Assembly: GCA_035703635.1 (NCBI GenBank)
Contig: DASSXV010000011.1
Coordinates: forward strand, 1 to 37,140
Origin: Trueperaceae bacterium
GTDB lineage: Bacteria; Deinococcota; Deinococci; Deinococcales; Trueperaceae
Reading direction: 5' to 3'
Length of the DNA: 37,140 bases
A program made the position numbers and the translations under genes. Positions 1-6,717 of the stretch are shown piece after piece. The notes beneath the pieces were generated by a model. It ran no database searches. It was not told where the DNA came from and saw only the letters and a program-made list of their open reading frames with translations. The number at the start of each line of letters is the position of its first letter. Within the stretch, counting starts at the first letter, position 1.

Positions 1-297
1 GACGTCGATGACCGACTCGCGCTTGTAAAGCCCACGCTCCTCCGGCAGATAACCGAGTTGCTCACCGTCCTCCGGCTTGAACGGCCGCCCAGAGATGTGC
101 AGCGTGCCAGAAGTTGGTTGATAGATGCCCAACAGTGCGCGGATGGTAGTGGTCTTGCCTGAGCCGTTGCTGCCGAGGAACCCGAAGGTCTCGCCCCGGT
201 TGACGTCGAAGGACAAGTCCTTGATCACGGTGGTCCGGCCGAAGTCCATCCGGAAGTGCTCAACGTGAACGAGTGCTTCGCTTGTTGACTTGATCAC
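1..297 (-). CDS. ABC transporter ATP-binding protein, N-terminal part (runs off window)
   Basis: Manual translation from GTG 297 gives MIKSTSEALVHVEHFRMDFG...GETFGFLGSNGSGKTTTIR...LGYLPEERGLY, with Walker A GSNGSGKT. TAGGGT lies 7 nt upstream of the GTG. Confidence 0.9.
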   Translation of the reverse strand, partial: MIKSTSEALVHVEHFRMDFGRTTVIKDLSFDVNRGETFGFLGSNGSGKTTTIRALLGIYQPTSGTLHISGRPFKPEDGEQLGYLPEERGLYKRESVIDV

Positions 298-443
298 GTG
301 CCGTACCCTACTCGCATGCACCGGGGTTTCCAGTGACGACTGGCACCCGCCGCCGCTGACGAACCATAGCGTGCGGCCCACCAGCGGCCTTCGGTGGTGA
401 TCGGGCCGGCGACACCAAGCGCCCCAACCAACCCCTTGCATCC

Positions 444-473
444 TTGACGGCCACAGCCGCCCGAACGTAAACT
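444..473 (+). promoter_or_regulatory. sigma70-like promoter of tRNA-Pro
   Basis: TTGACG (444-449), 18-nt spacer, TAAACT (468-473), upstream of the tRNA. Confidence 0.6.
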
Positions 474-550
474 TGCCTTTGCGTCCTGCAAGGGACACCC
501 GTGCGCCGGCGGCCCCAACGAGCCGCACCCAACCGCCGTCACGGACAGTC

Positions 551-627
551 CGGGGTGTAGCGCAGCCTGGTAGCGCACTTGACTGGGGGTCAAGTGGTCG
601 TCAGTTCAAATCTGGCCACCCCGACCA
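551..627 (+). tRNA. tRNA-Pro(GGG)
   Basis: CGGGGTG acceptor stem, anticodon arm CTTGA-CTGGGGG-TCAAG, GTTCAAATC T-loop, encoded CCA; 77 nt. Confidence 0.97.
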
Positions 628-663
628 AGAGAAAACGACGTCCCGGACGTCACACACAGGAAC

Positions 664-690
664 CCCCGCGCCGAGCTGCTCGGCGCGGGG
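664..690 (+). terminator. GC-rich hairpin downstream of tRNA-Pro (likely terminator)
   Basis: CCCCGCGCCGAG-ctg-CTCGGCGCGGGG, a 12-bp perfect stem; only a short T tail follows. Confidence 0.55.
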
Positions 691-1168
691 TTCGTCATAC
701 TGTCCCAAACCCGTCCCGGCGTGTCGGCGGCAGGTGCGTGGTGGGAAGCCGTAGCATTCGCATGACGGGAAGAAGGGCGTTCCGGTAAGGGAGCCAGGAC
801 TAGCGTTGGGCCTTTCCATCGGCTTCCAACGAGGTCCGGAGCCGCTATAGTCTCCCCCGGCCCGAAGTCGGCGACGAACATGTCCTGCAGTTGTCGCATA
901 TTAGCGCGAAACGGGCCTTCCTTTGCGGCGAGTTCCAGAACATAAACTCTTCATTGGACACTTTTCATTCCTGAGCACTCTAGCTCAAGCAGTCATGTAT
1001 ACACCGAGGCGGGGGAAGTCCACCTTGGCCGAGGCAAGATTGTTGCTTGGCTCGATTGCGGGTGGAAGTAGGATTGTGCTCCATGCCGCCCGACTCTACT
1101 GCGGCTTCACTTCTTCCTGAGCATTAAGCTGATTAGTCCGCAAGCCCCCATCGACTTTACTTATGCCC

Positions 1169-1194
1169 TATAATGTCCAATGTGGTTAGACATT
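1169..1194 (+). promoter_or_regulatory. -10 box plus inverted-repeat operator of the TA operon
   Basis: TATAAT at 1169-1174. AATGTCCAA-tgtgg-TTAGACATT (1172-1194, 8/9 match) overlaps the -10 box and start codon. Confidence 0.6.
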
Positions 1195-2015
1195 CAGAGG
1201 ATGCCTCAAAGCGCCATTTAGCAGAAGCACCGCCAGGCTTCCTGGTGGACTCTACCTGGCTCGCCGCAAGTGGCGTGAGCAGAAGACTCGCCCACCACTA
1301 CGCCGAACGAGGCTGGCTCGAAAGTGTTGCCTATGGGGTGTACCGCCTACCCCTCCCCCGGGGCGCCGCCGCAACTCCCACCGCAGATTGGGTTGTCCCG
1401 CTCCTGTCAGCGCAATGGCTGGGATATGACGTTCATATCGGTGGCCGCACCGCGCTCACGCTTCATGGCTACGCTCATTATCTGACCTTGGGTGGGCAAG
1501 CGGTCGCATACCTGTACTCCGACAAGCCCCCGAAATGGATGAAGCGCCTCGACCTGAGCTCGGAACTGCGCCTTCGTTCCAAGAACCTCTTCACTGACCC
1601 TGAAATAGGCCTGGAGAAAGCCCGGCCAAGCGAAAAAGGCGGCGGCCTCACGGCCTGGGAACAGCCGGTGACCCTCTCCACCCCCGAGCGCGCCATCCTC
1701 GAGACGCTCGACGAGCTACCGCGCAACGAGGGGTTCGGCGCCATCGACGCCACGTTCGAGAGCCTCGCCAACCTGCGCCCCAGGCTCCTGACCTCGCTGC
1801 TGAAGGAGTGCCGGTCCGTGAAGGTCAAGCGCCTGTTCTTCGTCTACGCCGACAAGCACGCCCACGCCTGGCGCAAGCACCTGGACCCGGAGGCGTTCGA
1901 CCTAGGCTCCGGCGACCGCGCGCTCACGAAAGGCGGTCGCCTGCACCCGCGGTACCGCATCACCGTGCCCCAGGACCTGCTACCGACCGGCGGAACGGAC
2001 CCCGATGGCGCGTGA
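1182..2015 (+). CDS. abiEi: Type IV toxin-antitoxin antitoxin, AbiEi family (N-terminal wHTH + C-terminal domain)
   Basis: Motifs PPGFLVDSTWL, GWLESVAYGVY, STPERAILE, LRPRLL, SVKVKRLF. Directly upstream of an AbiEii-like NTase. GTG 1182 is preferred because ATG 1173 overlaps TATAAT. Confidence 0.88.
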   Translation: MVRHSEDASKRHLAEAPPGFLVDSTWLAASGVSRRLAHHYAERGWLESVAYGVYRLPLPRGAAATPTADWVVPLLSAQWLGYDVHIGGRTALTLHGYAHYLTLGGQAVAYLYSDKPPKWMKRLDLSSELRLRSKNLFTDPEIGLEKARPSEKGGGLTAWEQPVTLSTPERAILETLDELPRNEGFGAIDATFESLANLRPRLLTSLLKECRSVKVKRLFFVYADKHAHAWRKHLDPEAFDLGSGDRALTKGGRLHPRYRITVPQDLLPTGGTDPDGA

Positions 2016-2913
2016 GCGCTACATGGCGCAGGTGCGGCTGCTCACCCGCACTCTGCCGCTCATCGCCGAGGAACCGGTGTTCGCCCTCAAGGGCGGGACC
2101 GCCATAAACCTCTTCCACCGCGACATGCCGCGCCTGTCGGTCGACGCCGACCTCGTGTACCTACCCATCCAGGATCGGCAGGAGACCCTCGCCGGCATCG
2201 ACGCCGCCCTACAGCGCCTCACCCAACGCGTGGAGCGAAGCCTCCGCGGCGCCGGGGTGCACGCCGCCGGGCGCACCGATGAGGTCCGGCTCAAGATCCG
2301 CCACGGCAATGCGGCCGTCAAGATCGAGACCTCCCCGGTGATGCGCGGCACGGTGAAGCCGCCCGAGACACGGCGCGTGACCCCACGCGTCGAGGACGAG
2401 TTCGGCTTCGCCGAGATGACCCTGGTAGCGTTCGAGGACCTCTTCGCCGGCAAGCTCGTGGCCGCCCTCGACCGCCAGCACCCCAGAGACCTCTACGACG
2501 TCAGGCTGCTCTTCGAGCACGAAGGCATAACCGACGAGCTGTTCCGCACCTTCCTCGTCTACGTCACCTCCTCGAACCGGCCGCCCCACGAGCTCCTCGA
2601 CCCCCGACGGGTCGACATCGAACCTGTCTTCCACGCCGAGTTCGCCGGCATGACCGTGGACCCGCTGCCCTTGGCCGAGCTCGAGGCGGCGCGCGAGCGC
2701 CTGGTCACCGAGCTCCGTGCCCGGCTCGACACCAACGCCATGCGCTTCCTGCTCTCACTCCATGACGGCGCTCCCGACTTCGACGTCATCGGCCTGCCAC
2801 AAGCAGCCATTCTGCCTGCCGTGCGCTGGAAGCTCCACAACCTCGAACGCCTCCGGAACTCCGACCCAGAGAAGCACGAGCGGCAACGCGCCGCCATCGA
2901 GGAGCTAACCTGA
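2005..2913 (+). CDS. abiEii: Nucleotidyltransferase toxin, AbiEii/AbiGii family
   Basis: FALKGGTAINLF...PRLSVDADL and KLVAALDRQHPRDLYD motifs; overlaps the antitoxin gene by 11 nt. Confidence 0.92.
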   Translation: MARERYMAQVRLLTRTLPLIAEEPVFALKGGTAINLFHRDMPRLSVDADLVYLPIQDRQETLAGIDAALQRLTQRVERSLRGAGVHAAGRTDEVRLKIRHGNAAVKIETSPVMRGTVKPPETRRVTPRVEDEFGFAEMTLVAFEDLFAGKLVAALDRQHPRDLYDVRLLFEHEGITDELFRTFLVYVTSSNRPPHELLDPRRVDIEPVFHAEFAGMTVDPLPLAELEAARERLVTELRARLDTNAMRFLLSLHDGAPDFDVIGLPQAAILPAVRWKLHNLERLRNSDPEKHERQRAAIEELT

Positions 2914-3125
2914 GGGCGGCCCACCAAAACCGGCCGCTGGCGGACAGGGCCAAGGCTGCAGTTCAGAAATACGGTAAGCCGAACCGGGGCCCAAGTGTGG
3001 GCCCAACGCGCGAGACCTCAATCGAGTACCCACACACGGAGGAGAAAGAGCACCCACATCTCCCCTGTCCCAGACGCACATAACCGCCCTCAACCGAGGT
3101 GGGAAGCACGCCCACTAGATTCCTG

Positions 3126-3168
3126 GGGGGTCAAGTGGTCGTCGGTTCAAATCTGGCCACCCCGACCA
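3126..3168 (+). repeat. att-like duplicate of the tRNA-Pro 3' half
   Basis: GGGGGTCAAGTGGTCGTCGGTTCAAATCTGGCCACCCCGACCA is identical to 585-627 except A603 vs G3144; no tRNA 5' half upstream. Confidence 0.95.
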
Positions 3169-3752
3169 GAAGACCCCCTCACAGACGCAAATGTTGTCAG
3201 GCGGGTTCATCTTTGGCAAGCGGAAGGAAGTCTAGCGCCACTACCACTCTTGATGGCGCCGTAGGGCAGTACCTGGCTGACCACCACCAGCGCCATGCCG
3301 ATGCGTCGCCGACGTAACGTACTCTCCCCACACCTACCTCACGCGCCGCAGGCTTGCCGATCGCTCGTGGCAGCGCGTCCGGGCCTTTAGGGACCTCACC
3401 CTTGACCGCCCCGGCGGCTGCAGCGGCCAGTTCCGCAGGTGCCTAGTTCAGCCATGATCTGTAGACCAGGTTGTTCAGCTCCATGCCGTTCACCTGGTCC
3501 AGCGGCACCGCAACACAGGGGGCATCGTCTTCCGGCGAACGGGCCTCCGTGATGGTGCACCTAGGCAGTGAGTTGCTGATGGCCTCCGGGTCCAAACCTG
3601 CCCCTCGGGAGTTAGCGAGGCGAATAGACCCGGTGAACCGGCGGTCCGCCGACTATTACAGCGTCCGTCTCGAGAAGTCCTACGGCGGTCTTTCGGAGTT
3701 GTGCCTTGGTGGTCACACGCAGCCCTCCTTTTGTTCTGACAGCGGATAGGCC

Positions 3753-4256
3753 CTAGACCGGAGCCTCTTGGAAGTGGCGCCTGACGGCGGGCCACAGCGC
3801 TACCACTATGGTGGCCGCCCCTTGGGCCAGCAGAATCGGTTGGAGGAAGAAGGACAGTATCCTCATCTGCACCAGTATCCAGACGATGAGGGCGCCGCCC
3901 ACGAGGATGGTGCCGAGCCACGCTCCGTGCGCACCCAGAGGCCGGACGAACGCCCAGGAGGGTTCAAGCCACAGGCCGACCACGAGCAACAGTGAGGCCA
4001 GCCCGAAGAGCGCGAAGAGAATCAGGCCGGGAACCAGGTAGTTGGTGAACGCGCTACCGGCCAGAAGAGAGACGGGCATATCCAGGATGCCCCCGCTCGG
4101 GTCCAGGATTAGCGCACCCCCGCCATAGAGAGCCCCGAACGCCAGGAGTAGCAGGAGCCCCATCAGCACGTAGGCGCCAGCAGGCCTAGCGGACCTGCCC
4201 ACCCCTCTTTGGGAGGACTGCAACCTGTTCGTGGTTCCCGTAGCGGTGTTGGCCAT
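3753..4256 (-). CDS. Hypothetical integral membrane protein (~4 TM)
   Basis: Several hydrophobic segments and DPSG...FTNYLVPGLILF. Start uncertain (ATG 4256 or GTG 4289). Confidence 0.75.
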   Translation of the reverse strand: MANTATGTTNRLQSSQRGVGRSARPAGAYVLMGLLLLLAFGALYGGGALILDPSGGILDMPVSLLAGSAFTNYLVPGLILFALFGLASLLLVVGLWLEPSWAFVRPLGAHGAWLGTILVGGALIVWILVQMRILSFFLQPILLAQGAATIVVALWPAVRRHFQEAPV

Positions 4257-4390
4257 ATCAATCACGCTCTCTTCAGGCGTCCTCGACACAATGGCGCCTT
4301 GTTACGAGGATATGGAGTGGGTTGTGTCCTGTATAGGAGAAAATGTCCCCCGGTCATTCGGAGACAAGCCGCACCAGGCACAGGCCCCTC

Positions 4391-4879
4391 CTACAGCGCC
4401 GCCAACACTTCTGTGAGGCGCTCGAAGTTCTCGTCCATCCCGCCGTCCATCCCGCTGGCTAGCATCGCGTCACACGCTTCCTTCGACGTGTAGGTCGAGG
4501 CGACCTCCAGCGCGCTAAGGCCGTCGGCCAGGTCACCGAACCTCAGCGTCTCGAGCGTCACGCCAGGGTCATCCTCGAACTCCCACGTGTGGACGATCAA
4601 CCCAGGCGCAACCACGTGGTACGAGCCTCGGAATGCCCATGCTCCGCCGCTTGCTGCCTCCACGACATAGCGGAACGACCCGCCCGTCACGGGATCGAAC
4701 CTGTCGAGCCTGACGGTCGTGCCTCGCGGGCCCATCCATCTGGTGAACAGGTCCGGTTCGGTGTGAGCGCGCTGCACTTGAGCTGCGGGAGCGGCGAACT
4801 CGCGACGATGGACGATGCTCTGCTCGCCCGTGCGCGTGTGCGTCGTCAGCCCAGGAACGCGGTTACCGGTGTCGTTCAT
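4391..4879 (-). CDS. SRPBCC/AHSA1-like domain protein
   Basis: REFAAP...AHTEPDLFTRWMGP...GGSFRY...TWEFE...GMDGGM pattern; strong SD GAGGAGG before ATG 4879. Confidence 0.88.
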   Translation of the reverse strand: MNDTGNRVPGLTTHTRTGEQSIVHRREFAAPAAQVQRAHTEPDLFTRWMGPRGTTVRLDRFDPVTGGSFRYVVEAASGGAWAFRGSYHVVAPGLIVHTWEFEDDPGVTLETLRFGDLADGLSALEVASTYTSKEACDAMLASGMDGGMDENFERLTEVLAAL

Positions 4880-4898
4880 CTCTCCTCCTCCGGCCACA

Positions 4899-5234
4899 CT
4901 AGTCGGCGTCCATCACGGCTTCGCTATCAAGCAAGAGTCGCCCACCACGGGTGACGACCTCGAGGTTAACGGTCACCGAGTCACCTTCACCCAGACCGAG
5001 GCGTTTACGCACAGCCGCCTTGACCGGCACGATGTAGCCGCCTCCTTTCGGGAACAACGAGGTCTCCCACCTCACAGAGTCGATGGTCACCTCGACCGGG
5101 ATCATGCCCCAGCCGTACGTCGCCAACCGCGCCAACTGGTGAAGCAGTCCGCACTCCTCGGGCGGAACGGTTACGAAATGGTGGGGTGCCGGACCCCGCC
5201 AGTACCAGATGACGCCGTTGAACTCCATGCTCAC
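4899..5234 (-). CDS. DUF1905-family protein
   Basis: IWYWRGPAPHHFVTVP...GWGMIPV...WETSLFPK..GYIVPVKAAVRK; TAACCT 6 nt before the GTG. Confidence 0.85.
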   Translation of the reverse strand: MSMEFNGVIWYWRGPAPHHFVTVPPEECGLLHQLARLATYGWGMIPVEVTIDSVRWETSLFPKGGGYIVPVKAAVRKRLGLGEGDSVTVNLEVVTRGGRLLLDSEAVMDAD

Positions 5235-5528
5235 GGCACAAGGTTAGCGCCTCGCGGCGCCGGCGGTATATGGAGAACGAGAATCCCCACCGCCCCTGCC
5301 GCAAGCTGGCGCGGCAGACGAAGAGCTAGAGGAGTTCCAGCCGCCTGGCCATGCGGAACAGGAGTTTCTGTTACAGTCGCCGAGCGCCAGTCGCTAAGGA
5401 AGTTCTGAGTCCAAATACGCGGACAACCAATGGAACGAGAGCCGAAGAGTGAGGGGGGTTTCGTCTCTACCGCAACGCTGGCAGTAACACGTCCGGTCCC
5501 CACTCATGGGCAACCGGGGAGGTATCGC

Positions 5529-6686
5529 ATGCCGTCTTCTCGCAAGGTTCCCCTTCTAGCTTCCATCGCGGTGGCGCTCGTGGTTCTGATCGCCGCCTGC
5601 ACTCCCCCCGCGCCCGACCCAGCGCCGTTGTCAACCCACGTGATCGCCGAGGGGCTTAACCTTCACTTGGTCTACGCTAACGAGGGCAAACTGGTCGAGG
5701 TTGACAGCGCCTCGATCCCCGGCGCAGGCCTGCTGCCGGAGCACGCGGTGTTCAACGTCGTCAAGCACCCGAGCAAGCCGTGGCTATACGCCGCGTCAAT
5801 GAACGATTGCGGCGTTGGCACTAACGCTTGCTGGGGCAACGGCCGCATCGATCGTTTCGTTGTCGAGAACGACTCGATAACGCACGACGGCGCAGCGTTC
5901 CTCTACGACCTCAGCGCCCCCGTTGGCGTTACCTGTGCCCATGAAGCAGTTCCCCCGGCGTTAGTCGGCCAGGTCGGTTACTGCTCCCCGAACGGGATGG
6001 TGTTCTCGGCCGATGGGTCGCGTTTCTACGTGGACGACGACGATCTCGATGGAATCCATATCTTCGAGGTCGATGCCAGCGGCAACTTGGCCTTCATCGC
6101 TGAAGGCGCCGTGACGGAATCCCACGGATTGACGATCGATCCGACCGGATCCTACCTCTATAACGGTTCAAGCGTGATCGGCGTCAGCGGTGACGTTCCC
6201 ACCGCAATCCTGTTTGCCGACCCTGGAAACGCTACGGCACTAGTGGATCTTGGCGGTCAGGCCGGTCTCATCAGCACGGTGTCGACGGAGGCGGTAGCCA
6301 TCTACGACCTTGTCGATCCGCAGGCACCGGCCACGGTGGCCACCCTGGCCATGGCTAGGAACGAAGCCCGCGACCTCGATTTCGACGCGTCACTCGCACG
6401 CATCGTGGTTGCCGGTCGCAACACGGTACAGACAGCGACGTTCGACGGCGCCGGGCTCACGCTGCTCGACACTTACACCGCTACCGATGTCCTCAACACC
6501 GAGTACCGCGGCGTGGCGCTGGCTAACGGCTCGGACGCCGCCATCGCAGTCTGGTTCCAGGTCGCGGCGGACGATTCGATCACAGGGGGCGCCCACCTGT
6601 TCTCGATCGCGGCCGACGGCAGCCTGTCCCAGGTCGACGCCGTCGACTACTCCGGTCGGGGCACCACGGTATTGCAGGTTCGTTGA
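5529..6686 (+). CDS. Lipoprotein with probable beta-propeller (lactonase-like) fold
   Basis: SD GGAGG before ATG 5529. Signal peptide ends in lipobox LIAA-C. Blade-like repeats: HPSKPWLYA, FSADGSRFYV, IDPTGSYLY. Confidence 0.78.
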   Translation: MPSSRKVPLLASIAVALVVLIAACTPPAPDPAPLSTHVIAEGLNLHLVYANEGKLVEVDSASIPGAGLLPEHAVFNVVKHPSKPWLYAASMNDCGVGTNACWGNGRIDRFVVENDSITHDGAAFLYDLSAPVGVTCAHEAVPPALVGQVGYCSPNGMVFSADGSRFYVDDDDLDGIHIFEVDASGNLAFIAEGAVTESHGLTIDPTGSYLYNGSSVIGVSGDVPTAILFADPGNATALVDLGGQAGLISTVSTEAVAIYDLVDPQAPATVATLAMARNEARDLDFDASLARIVVAGRNTVQTATFDGAGLTLLDTYTATDVLNTEYRGVALANGSDAAIAVWFQVAADDSITGGAHLFSIAADGSLSQVDAVDYSGRGTTVLQVR

Positions 6687-6717
6687 GTAACGCCGTAAGC
6701 CCCGAGGGAGCGCCCCG

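Larger units (their letters stand above)
585..3168. mobile_element. tRNA-Pro-integrated genomic islet (~2.5 kb) carrying an AbiE-type TA pair, with no intact integrase inside
   Basis: Bounded by a 43-bp direct repeat of the tRNA 3' half (585-627 and 3126-3168, one mismatch). Interior is less GC-rich around 900-1200. Confidence 0.8.

Noticed and set aside
3099-3168. Second tRNA-Pro gene
   Set aside because: Only the 3' 43 nt match; there is no D-arm or 5' acceptor strand. It is an att-type duplicate.
4330-4366. Imperfect GGAGAAAATGTCC / TGTCC..GGAGACA dyads upstream of the membrane-protein gene
   Set aside because: Too degenerate, and there is no adjacent regulator.
5235-5528. Riboswitch or ncRNA in the long intergenic region before the lipoprotein
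   Set aside because: Only a 7-bp hairpin was seen and no recognisable aptamer consensus. An Rfam scan would settle it.
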